From the NCBI RefSeq assembly GCF_004010195.1, contig NC_057718.1, positions 99,182,060-99,202,059 on the forward strand: a DNA stretch of 20,000 nt. The letters run 5' to 3'. The first letter of the stretch is position 1, and the number at the start of each line of letters is the position of its first letter. The DNA comes from Chiloscyllium plagiosum (taxonomy: Eukaryota). A model generated the notes under the pieces. The model made no database searches. It was not told the origin of the DNA and saw nothing but the letters and a program-made list of their open reading frames with translations. Shown here in pieces: positions 9,984-20,000 of the stretch. The translations under genes and the position numbers were made by a program.

Positions 9984-10060
9984 CTGCCTGAAACATCATC
10001 TCTCCTGCTCCTCGGATGCTGCCTGACCTGCTGTGCTTTTCCAGCACCACACTCTCGATC
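9984..10060 (+). mobile_element. Penelope-like single arm, same family as 2229-2433
   Basis: tgcctgaaacatc...tctcctgctcctcggatgctgcctgacctgctgtgcttttccagca closely matches 2323-2384. Confidence 0.7.
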
Positions 10061-10169
10061 CCCAGGTGTTAGTGGTAGTTTTGCACGAGAGAGTGCTGGC
10101 AAGCACATGATAACTGGCGAGCAGGAAGTTATGGTTATCTGACTCCATTCCATCTGAAGATACTAACTA

Positions 10170-10630
10170 TAATCAGGAGTGGGCCGTTCAGCCCCTCAAT
10201 CTGCTGTTCAATCAGGTCATAGCTTATCTCTGAACAATAACCTTTCACCCCTTGCTTATTGAAAACCAATCCACCTCTGCCTAAAAATATTCAGATTCTT
10301 CTTTCACCATATTTTCAAGAGAGTTCCACAGACCATGTAAGAAAAATAACCTTCCAAATACTGTCCTACATAGGCAATCCTTTAATTTTCTTTCTACATT
10401 CTTCCAGAAGAGGAAACTATCTCAGCTCATCTACCCTGTCATAGCCCCTCAGGATCTTCCATGTTTAAAATCAAGCTCCCTCTTCTGCTTTAAAGTCCAA
10501 TCAAACCCTTCCTCAAAAAACACTCCCCTGCCCCAATCCACACTCCCCCCTCTCCCCCCCCCAGGTTTAGATATTATTCTTGTAGATGTTTCTGATGCAT
10601 TTACATCCTTTCTTATGTACCAGGACCTCC
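10170..10630 (-). mobile_element. Ancient CR1-like LINE 3' portion (decayed)
   Basis: caggagtgggccgttcagcccctc...; the minus strand contains WYIRKDVNASE (CR1 PYLRKDV..LE-like). Confidence 0.55.
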
Positions 10631-10990
10631 GACAGCAAGGGGGCAATGCTGAGAGAGGCCAGACAAAGTTGTTGAATTGACTTTTTCAGGAAAGAAAGAG
10701 TGTCTTTGGTGGGTAGAGGGCTGATGGAAATGGGGAGCAGTCAGACAAAGCAAGCTTGTCGTGCCAATGTAACCCACACGATAATTTCACATACACTTTG
10801 CTAATAGTTCCTTGTTTATTGTTAACTTCCCCTCATCTCTGTAATGACCTGATGCCAGAGGAAGTGAGAATCCTTGCTTCATGATCTTTGGGTCATCTGT
10901 GTGTTCAAATCTCACTGTACACTTCAATAAGTAGACTAATACTGTACACAATACTCCAGATATGATCTCACTAATGCCCTGTAGGACAGA

Positions 10991-11345
10991 GTTGTATAAA
11001 GTTAAAAATCACACAATTGTTAAAGTGCACTTGAGAATGTAACTTTTAAAAAAAGTTTTGCGATTTACATATGAAAGAACTGAAACCAACATGGTCTTTC
11101 TAAAAGATGAGAGACTTAACAAATAAGCAGGGTCTTTTTCAATATATAATTTCAGTTACACCACACTGGAAACTTTTGCTATAATTTCTGTGTCTTACAA
11201 TTTTATTCTCCACAACCACCTGATGAAAGAGCAGTGATCTGAAAGCCAGTGCTTCCAAATAAACCTGTTGGACTATAACCTGGTGTTGTGTGATTTTTAA
11301 TTTTGTCCACCCCAGTCCAACACCGGCATTTCCAAATCATGACTA
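10991..11345 (+). mobile_element. Penelope-like element (second family) with a short 5' inverted piece and TSD
   Basis: Hammerhead-like CAC-CTGATGA-a-AGA..TCT-GAAA-gcca-GTG (11217-11251), then AATAAA. 10998-11016 is an 18/19 inverted match of 11286-11304. Flanks are ctgtaggacaga (10979-10990) / ctgtatgacaga (11346-11357). Confidence 0.7.
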
Positions 11346-11362
11346 CTGTATGACAGATACAT

Positions 11363-11983
11363 TTTTATGGACCAGGCCAGATCCCCTCAAAACATTTCAA
11401 GACAGTAGTCTGGACCCTAACGTTGCTAGTTGTTTTAAGCAGGGGGTAAGTGGATAATTCAGGAGGGATGCAGCTGGTCAAACCATTTAGTTTTAAACAT
11501 AAACAGAAGAGAACGGAATACAGAATGACTTAACCTGTCCAAAACCCCAACAGATTATCCCGAGTTAATGATGCTGTTCCAAGTTCCTTCAACAATCCCC
11601 ATAAACACCTCTTGGTAAAAAAGAAAAAATCAAACACATGGCAGAGATATTCAACATAGAACACCTTCTTCCATGTAGCTGTTTCTTGGAACAGCAGCCT
11701 CGAAACTGACTGCTTTCAGTGTCCAGGCAGACTGCTCAAACCAAACCAAACCAAATCAGGGAAAAGCTGAGCTGGGAGAACTGGCCACGTCCCTTTCATT
11801 GTACAAGTGGTTTTTTAAAAAAAAGTTGAAAGCCTTTTGCATGAGCCAGTATCTGTTAGCTCTAATCAAACTGGCCCCTAAAACCCATCCAAACCAGACC
11901 TCTCAGAATCATTGCTTTTACGATCTCTCTAAAAAAAAATGTTAAGGACAGCATAACCTTGTTAATGGAGCAACATCATCATA
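11363..11983. mobile_element. Probable old solo LTR-like insertion
   Basis: Non-CR1 block interrupting an antisense CR1 that is visible at 10940-10985 and resumes at about 11985; degenerate TG..CA-like ends and no clear TSD. Confidence 0.35.
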
Positions 11984-11984
11984 C

Positions 11985-12610
11985 TTTACATTCCTAGCTT
12001 TATATTCAATTCCACTTGCAATGATCTGTAACTTTCTTTCCTGAAACACAACATGCACAAGGCTACAGAGATCCTGTGTCTTAGAGCGCTGCAATCTCTC
12101 ATGACTTAAATAAAATGCTTTTTAAAATTCTTCCTTCGCCAATTTGACATGTTTGCACATTGTACACTATTTGCCAGATCTTTACCCATTCACTTAACCT
12201 ATCTCTACCTCTTTGTAGTCTCTCCTTCTACCCTCTTCACTATTTATTTTCCTCTCCATCTTTGTGTCACCAATAAAGTTAGTACCATTCCTCTGGTTGT
12301 TTCAGCCAAGCCATGTGTATTAATTGCAACTGAGGTTATCAAATGGAAAATGACCCATTTATGCCTGCTCTCTGTTTGCGTGCCAACCTCCCAGCTGGAT
12401 AAATATGTTAGCCCCTACCTGATGAGCTTGAATTTTCCGTGGTATCCTCTGATGTGACACCTTATCAAATGCTTTCTGAAAGTTTAAGTACAGTACATCT
12501 ATTAATTCCCTTTATTAACAACACAAGTTAACTCAGCAAGAAAATCCACTAAATTGGCTAAGCATGATTTCTCTTTCTCTGAAGCCATGTTGACTCAGCA
12601 TGATTAGCTC
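11985..12610 (-). mobile_element. Ancient CR1 LINE reverse-transcriptase region (decayed)
   Basis: Minus strand around 12420-12600 gives SQHGFRE... and DVLYLNFQKAFDKVSHQRIPRKIQAH, the CR1 RT motifs QHGF and DFxKAFDKV. Confidence 0.85.
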
Positions 12611-12779
12611 TCTACCAGTTTGAAAATTCAGCCCTGGATTGTGTGTGCTAGCACCTCTCCCCATGTCCTCAACATGCCAAGTCATGGGACTGGGGGGATA
12701 TCAGTGACTGTGCTCCTTTGAACTTGCTTTGGCAAGGGTCTATTTGTTGCCTCACAAAACGTGATAAAGGCTTATGATG

Positions 12780-13620
12780 TATCATTTCTACCATTTGGAA
12801 ATGTGGGTTCTAAAATGCACAAACCAGGTATAGCTTTAAGTTTGATTTATATATCTATACTTTGTGCGTTATGAATGGAAGGGCATGGTTTGAATGTCAT
12901 TTAAAATTTGTTCTGAGTGGCACTTGAACATCCAAAGTTAGTTGATTTTTAGTGAAGACTTGTAGCAGAGCTTGAGGTGAATAGTTCAGTGCATTAGAAA
13001 CAAGCATAGAAGCAAAATACTGCTGTTGATGAGCAACAGGAGTCCAGTATCAGAGAAACACAGGAACAGTCCGCAGGTTGAAAAGGTGTGCAGGCTCAGT
13101 CACACTAAAGGGTTGCTGTTAATTAGTAGTTTTCAAAAAGTCAAAACTGGGGAATAACTCCAGAGTGGATTAGAAGAAGAGTTCAATAGCAGAAAACGGG
13201 TGGATGTTGAAGATATGGAAAACCCTATGTGTTATTTTGAAAGTCTTTAGAGATTAGTCAGAAGAACACTCCAGAATGTAATTGCAGCTTTGTCAACTGA
13301 ACAAAGGACTCTAACATAGAGATAGGATGGCCCTTCGCTGTGGTTTGAGTATTTGTAGAGTTGTTGTTGAGGTAAAAGGTTTAAATCTTTATTTATGATA
13401 TGTGAAATAAGACAATTTCAAATAGTTCTTGTGTAGTGTAAATAAATTCATTGTTTTTCCTTTTGTACATGGTAACCTTGATGTCTTTTTGTTGAAAGTA
13501 CAATTACAGCCCCTTCTGAACATGACTAATTAACATAACTAAAGGAAAAGTAAAAATTATGATCTTTCAAGCCAAGTTTCTCACACCCAGCCACATCACA
13601 TTTTCTGGCCTCGAGCAGCC
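12780..13620 (+). mobile_element. Possible decayed LTR-like repeat
   Basis: AATAAA at 13441 with T-rich downstream sequence and an end segment (attatgatctttcaagccaagtttc) reminiscent of shark LTR 3' ends; boundaries uncertain. Confidence 0.25.
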
Positions 13621-13744
13621 TTTGACAGGACTGATGAATATTTTCTTTAATGCACGTTGTAATTTTAAAGAAAGGATTCACAGATTTTTAAATTTTAAAA
13701 CTATCCATTCAACAATGGATCCTTTAGCTTGTTACATACCTTAC

Positions 13745-14178
13745 AGTCATAGAGTCATCGAGATGTACAGCACAGAAAGAGACCCTTCAGTCCAACTCAT
13801 CCATGCCGACCAGATATCCCAACCTAATCTAGTCCCATTTGCCAGCACTTGGCCCATATCCCTCTAAACTCTTTCTATCCATGTACCCATCCAGGTGCCT
13901 GTTAAATGCTGTAATTGTACCAGCCTTCACCACTTCCTCTGGCAGCTCATTCCATACACAGACCACTCTCTGCGTGAAAAAGTTGCCCCTCAGGTCCCTT
14001 TTAAGTCTTTCACCTCAAACCTATAACCTCGAGTTTTGGATTCCCTCACCCTGAGGTAAAAAAGCCTTGGTTTTCACGCTATCCATGCCCCTCATGATTT
14101 TATAAACCTCTATAAGGTCACCTCTGAGGCTCCAGGGAAAATCGTGCTGACCTATTCAGCTTCTCCCCAGCAACGTCC
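13745..14178 (-). mobile_element. CR1/HER1-like LINE, 5'-truncated 3' end
   Basis: Reverse complement of the same family as 5070-5484 (agtcatagagtcatcgagatgtacagcac...ctcatgattttataaacctctataaggtcacc). Confidence 0.9.
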
Positions 14179-14280
14179 TCATTTAATTTTTTTCTGAGTG
14201 GTGTTTTCCGGTGCTCGTTGATTTTTCCCAAGCATCAGGCGTTGTGCGATAATAGTGCAAGGGTTTGTTAAATCCACAGG

Positions 14281-14505
14281 CTTTACAGAAGCACCTGATG
14301 TTTGTAGCTCTGTGTGTGTGTGTGTGTGTGCGTGTGTGTGCATGTGTTTGTGTGTGTGTGATCGGAGGTTGCTGGACAAGAAACTACATGCAAATGGCAA
14401 TATATACCTGCACTCACAGAATAGGCCACCCATAGCTTTGTTTGTGATGAGTCAGAAGGTACACTCTGTTGTGTCAGAGGGTGGGCAGGAGCCAGGAGTT
14501 CACCA
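14281..14505 (+). repeat. Left arm of a long inverted repeat
   Basis: 14361-14420 matches the reverse complement of 15360-15419 at 58/60; homology extends to ctttacagaagcac on one side and to ...gagggtgggcagg...cacca on the other. Confidence 0.9.
14311..14360 (+). repeat. Imperfect (TG)n microsatellite
   Basis: About 25 dinucleotide units with a few interruptions. Confidence 0.95.
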
Positions 14506-14689
14506 TCCGAAGTGAAAGATGAAAAGCCGATTCACCAGCGACAGCAGCGTAAAAGAGTCTGAAAATAAGCTGAACTGTGACCGGGAGGTATAGCAGGTCA
14601 ATCAGCTGCATGAAGAGAGATACATTTGCAATCTCAACAGTGGTGCTAAATATTCTCAATTCACAAATGCAAAGCAGTTGTAAACAGCT

Positions 14690-14980
14690 GAAGGTTTAGC
14701 AAGCAGAGGTCACGGATTTGACAAAAAGAGCTAACGTGAGGCAAAAAAGCTTTTGGTGCAGCAGATGGTCAGGGTTAGGGTTGTGCTGCTCATCGAGCTG
14801 GTGATCACAGACTCAATAGAAAGCATTCAAAAATAACCTGGTTAAGTTCTTGGAGGCACACTTTGTGACATGGATGTGGGGCTGAGAGAAGGGGAGTGAG
14901 AATGAATGGAGCGTTTTTGAAAGAGCCACCACAGGCTTGATGGGCCAAATGACCTCCTTCTGCTCTGAACCATTCTAAAA
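14690..14980 (+). mobile_element. Ancient CR1-like 3' end inside the inverted-repeat spacer
   Basis: Ends in aaagagccaccacaggcttgatgggccaaatgacctccttctgctctgaaccattcta, a typical CR1 3' hairpin/tail. Confidence 0.65.
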
Positions 14981-15274
14981 CATCAACCTTTGCAGCCAGG
15001 GTAGCACACTGAGGCTGGGTGACTTGGGAAGGGGGGGGAGGGGGTTCCAGCTCCAGAATTATGAGCAGATGAGGTCCAATTTTAACCGACTCAAAACTCA
15101 TCCACGACTGCTGCTGTAAACTATTCCTGTCACGATCTGTTGTCTTAGTCAGCCACAGGGATCTCTCTTACACCATCTCCAACTGCTCTGTCGCATCCAA
15201 TGTCCCTCTTTTTACTCCTCTCCCTCCACCTCGTCCCCTCGAAGCAATCTCTTTTCTTCACTCAGCGCGTCTCC

Positions 15275-15466
15275 TGGTGGAGTTCTGAGCCCTGCCCACC
15301 CTCTGGCACAACAGAACGTACCTTCTGACTCATTACAAACAAAACCATGGACAGCCTCCTCTGTGAGCGCAGGTATACATTGCCATTTGCATGTAGTTTC
15401 TTGTCCAGCAACCTCCGATTACACATGAAAAGCTACAAATATCGGGTGCTGTGTGCTTCTGTAAAG
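15275..15466 (-). repeat. Right arm of the long inverted repeat
   Basis: Reverse complement of 14281-14505, lacking the expanded (TG)n. Confidence 0.9.
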
Positions 15467-15689
15467 ACAAGTGACTGACAAATTGGTACTTGGTTTTCAG
15501 GATGTCACCCTTTTAGAATTCTCTGTACTCTTTCAGTTTCAATCATCTCCTTATAGGCCTCATGGCCTGTCTATGGCATTTGTAACCCACAGCTTAGTAT
15601 CTGCATTGTAAAGGGCTCCACAGAGCTTTACGTAACAACAATGGTCAAGTTAACATCAGGCACATAATTTCAGCTGGCACTGAGAGCAT

Positions 15690-16568
15690 AGTACTGAGGG
15701 CAGGACTGTAACATCGTACTGAGGGCAGGACTGTAATGCCGTGCTGGGGGCAGGACTATAACACTGCACTGAGGGCAGGACTGTAACACTGTAATGAGGG
15801 CGGGACTGTAACGCTGTACTGGAGGACGGGACTGTAACACCATACTGGGGCCGGACTGTAACACTGTTCTGAGGGTGGGATTGTAACACCGTACTGAGGG
15901 CAGGACTGTAACACTGCACTAAGGGCAGGGCTGTAACACCGTACTGGGGTGGGACTGTAACGCTGTACAGAGGGCGGGACTGTAACACAGTACTGGGGCC
16001 GGACTGTAACATCGTAGTGGGGGTGGGACTGTAACACCGTAGTTGGGGGTGGAACTGTAACACCACTCTGGGGGTGGGACTGTAACACTGTACTGAGGGC
16101 AGGACTATAACACCGTACTTGGGGAGGGACTGTAATGCTGTAATGAGGGTGGGACTGTAACGCCGTACTGGCGGGCGGGACTGTAACGGCATACTGAGGG
16201 TGGAACTGTAACGCTATACTGAGGGCGGGACTGTAACACTGTATTGAGGGCAGGAATGTAATGCCATACTGCTGTGGGGACTGTAACACTGTACTGGGGG
16301 CAGGACTGTAACGCCACACTGAGGAAGAGACTCTAAAGCTGTACTGGGCTGGGGTATGTAATGCCATCTTGGAGTGGGGACTGTAAAGTCACACTGGGGA
16401 CAGGTCTGTAACACCGCACTGAGGGCGAGTCTGGAACGCTGCACTGAGGGCAGGACTGTAACATGTACTGCTGTGGGGACTGTAACGCCATATTGGGGTG
16501 GATACTGTAATGTCGTACTGTGGGCGGAACTGTAATGCTGCACTGAGGATGGAACAGTAATGCTGTAA
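15690..16568. repeat. 25-bp tandem satellite, subfamily A (consensus approx. CTGTAACACTGTACTGAGGGCAGGA), about 35 diverged units
   Basis: ggact(g/a)taa recurs at 15703, 15728, 15753 and onward (period 25). Confidence 0.95.
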
Positions 16569-16589
16569 GAGCCAAAATAATACTATATT

Positions 16590-19500
16590 AAGGAAAACAC
16601 TATAATACTGTATTGAGAGAGCAAAAGCAATGCTGTACTGAGGGAGAGACTGTAATGCTGTAGTGAGGGAGACACTGTATCACTGTGCTGAGGGAGAGAC
16701 TGTAACGCTGTGCTGAGGGAGATACTGTAATGCTGTACTGAGGGAGACACTGCAAAGCTATACTGAGGTAGATGCTGTAATGCCGTATTAAGGGAGACAC
16801 TGAAGTGCTGTAGTGAGGGAGACACTGTAATGCTGTACTGGGGGAGACACTGTAATGCTGTACTGAGGGAGACACTGTAATGCTGTACTGAGATAGATAC
16901 TGTAATGCTGTAGTGAGGGAGACGCGGTAATGCTGTAGTGAGGGAGACATTGTAATGCTGTACTGAGAGAGACACTGTAATGCTGTACTGAGGGAGACAC
17001 TGTAATGCTGTACTGAGATAGATACTGTAATGCTGTAGTGAGGGAGACGCGGTAATGCTGTAGTGAGGGAGACATTGTAATGCTGTACTGAGAGAGACAC
17101 TGAAGTACTGTAGTGAGGGAGACACCGTTATGCCGTACTGAGGGAGACATTGTAATGCTGTACTGAGGGAGACATTGTAATGCTGTACTGAGGGAGACAC
17201 TGTAATGCTGTACTGAGGGAGACACAGTAGCACTGTGCTGAGGGAGGGACTGTAGTGCTGTAGTGAGGGAGACACTGTAATGCTGTACTGAGGGAGACAC
17301 TGTAGTGCTGTAGTTTGAGAGACACAGTAATGCTGTACTGAGGGAGACACTGTAGCACTGTGCTGAGGGAGGGACTGTAATGCTGTAGTGAGGGAGACAC
17401 TGTAATGCTGTGCTGAGGGAGAAACTGTAATGCTTTAGTGAGGGAGACGCGGTAATGCTGTACTGAGGGAGACACTGTAATGCTGTAGTGAGGGAGAAAC
17501 TGTAATGCTGTGCTGAGGGAGACACTGTAATGCTGTAGTGAGGGAGACGTGGTAATGCTGTACTGAGGGAGACACTGTAGTGCTGTACTGAGGGAGACAC
17601 TGTAATGCTGTACTGAGGGAGACACTGTAATGCTGTACTGGGAGAGACACTTTAATGCTGTACTGAGGGAGACACTGTAATGCTGTACTGATGGAGAGAC
17701 TGTAGAGCTGTAGTGAGGGAGACACTGTAATGCTGTGCTGAGAGAGACACTATGATGCTGTACTGAGGGAGACATTGTAGTGCTGTAGTGAGGGAGACAC
17801 GGTAAGCTGTACTGAGGTAGATACTGTAATGCTGTAGTGAGGGAGACGCGGTAATGCTGTAGTGAGGGAGACACGGTAATGCTGTACTGAGGGAGACACT
17901 GTAGCACTGTGCTGAGGGAGAGACTGTAATGCTGTGCTGGGGGGAGACACTGTAAAGCTATACTAAGGTAGATGCTTTAATGCTGTATTGAGGGAGACAC
18001 TGTAATGCTGCACTGAGGGAGACACTGTAATGCTGTATTGAGGGAGACACTGTAATGCTGTACTGAGAGAGACACTTTAATGCTGTACTGAGGGAGACAC
18101 TGTAATGCAGTACTGAGGGAGAGACTGCAGTGCTGTAGTGAGGGAGACACTGTAATGCTGTACTGAGAGAGACACTGTGATGCTGTACTGAGGGAGATAT
18201 TGTAGTGTTGTAGTGAGGGAGACACGGTAAGCTGTACTGAGGTAGATACTGTAATGTTGTACTGAGGGAGACACTGTAGCACTGTGCTGAGGGCGACACT
18301 GTAATGCTGTACTGAGGGAGACACTGTAATGCTGTGCTGAGGGAGACACTGTAATGCTGTAGTGAGGGAGACGCAGTAATGCTGTACCGAGGGAGACACT
18401 GTAGCACTGTGCTGAGGGCGAGACTGTAATGCTGTACTGAGGGAGACACTGCAATGCTGTACTGAGGGAGAGACTATAATGCTGTAGTGAGGGAGACCTG
18501 GTAATGCTGTAGTGAGTGAGACACTGTAGTGCTGTAGTGAGGGCGACATTGTAATGCTGTACTGAGATAGATACTGTAATGCTGTGCTGAGGGAGATACT
18601 GTAAAGCTATACTGAGGTAGATGCTGCAATGCTGTACTGAGGGAGACACTGTAATGCTGTAGTGAGGGAGACACTGTCAACCTATACTGAGGTAGATGCT
18701 GTAATGCTGTGCTGAGGGAGACACTGTAATGCTGTAGTGAGAGAGACACTTTAATGCTGTACTGAGGGAGACACTGTAATGCTGTACTGAGAGAGACACT
18801 GTAGCGCTGTACTGAGGGAGACACTGTAGTGCTGTACTGAGGGAGACAATGTAATGGTGTACTGAGGGAGACACTGTAGTGCTGTACTGAGATAGATACT
18901 GTAATGCTGTGCTGAGGGAGATACTGTAAAGCTATACTGAGGTAGATGCTGCAATGCTGTACTGAGGGAGACACTGTAATGCTGTAGTGAGGGAGACACT
19001 GTAGTGTTGTAGTGAGGGAAACACTGTAATGCTGTACTGAGGGAGACACTGTAAACCTATACTGAGGTAGATGCTGTAATGCTGTGCTGAGGGAGACACT
19101 GTAATGCTGTAGTGAGAGAGACATTTTAATGCTGTACTGAGGGAGACACTGTAGTGCTGTAGTGAGGGAGACACTGTAATGCTGTACTGAGAGAGACACT
19201 GTAGCGCTGTAGTGAGGGAGAAACTGTAGTGCTGTAGTGAGGGAGACACTGTAATGCTGTACTGAGGGAGACACTATAAACCTATACTGAGGTAGATGCT
19301 GTAATGCTGTGCTGAGGGAGACACTGTCATGCAGTACTGAGAGAGACACTGTAGCGCTGTACTGATGGAGACACTGTAGTGCTGTACTGAGGGAGACAAT
19401 GTAATGGTGTACTGAGGGAGACACTGTAGTGCTGTAGTGAGGGAGACACTGTAATGCTGTACTGAGAGAGACACTGTAGCGCTGTACTGATGGAGACACT

Positions 19501-20000
19501 GTAGTGCTGTACTGAGGGAGACAATGTAATGGTGTACTGAGGGAGACACTGTAGTGCTGTAGTGAGGGAGACACTGTAATGCTGTACTGAGGGAGACACT
19601 GCAATGCTGTACTGAGGGAGACACTTTAATGCTGTAGTGAGGGAGACGTGGTAATGCTGTAGTGAGTGAGACACTGTAGTGCTGTAGTGAGGGAGACACT
19701 GTAATGCTGTACTGAGGGAGACACTGCAATGCTGTACTGAGGGAGACACTTTAATGCTGTAGTGAGGGAGACGTGGTAATGCTGTAGTGAGTGAGACACT
19801 GTAGTGCTGTAGTGAGGGAGACACTGTAATGCTGTACTGAGGGAGACACTGCAATGCTGTACTGAGGGAGACACTTTAATGCTGTAGTGAGGGAGACGTG
19901 GTAATGCTGTAGTGAGTGAGACACTGTAGTGCTGTAGTGAGGGAGACACTGTAATGCTGTACTGAGGGAGACACTGCAATGCTGTACTGAGGGAGACACT
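16590..20000. repeat. 25-bp tandem satellite, subfamily B (consensus CTGTAATGCTGTACTGAGGGAGACA), about 136 units, runs off window end
   Basis: Uninterrupted 25-bp periodicity with recurring variant units; 125-bp higher-order repeat at the right end. Confidence 0.98.

Noticed and set aside
15656..19999. Many long minus-strand ORFs (up to 376 aa)
   Set aside because: They are translations of a 25-bp satellite whose minus strand lacks stop codons. All three frames are open with the same repeating peptide.
15690..20000. CRISPR-like array
   Set aside because: Units are head-to-tail with no unique spacers, there are no cas genes, and the context is vertebrate.

Overview
This is a eukaryotic, repeat-dominated window with no supportable intact protein-coding gene. 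The repeat families (tRNA-derived HE1-type SINEs, CR1/HER1-type LINE 3' ends, Penelope-like short elements) point to a cartilaginous fish, probably a carpet/bamboo shark; that assignment is inference from recognised repeat sequence. Bases 1-15.6 kb are intronic or intergenic DNA with nested retroelement fragments. Bases 15.7-20 kb are a 25-bp satellite array with two subfamilies and higher-order repeats, and all ORFs there are artefacts. Highlights: (1) a young, TSD-flanked 153-bp palindrome (76-bp perfect arms) carrying a hammerhead-ribozyme core on each strand (2229-2381); (2) a Tx1-like LINE inserted in a solo LTR, with two A-tails enclosing a diverged copy of the LTR sequence just downstream of its own insertion site, suggesting LTR-targeted insertion plus 3' transduction (8059-8601); (3) an approximately 190-bp inverted duplication of otherwise non-repetitive sequence (14281-14505 / 15275-15466) with exon-like and enhancer-like features and a microsatellite expanded in one arm; (4) the satellite subfamily switch and a homogeneous 125-bp higher-order repeat.
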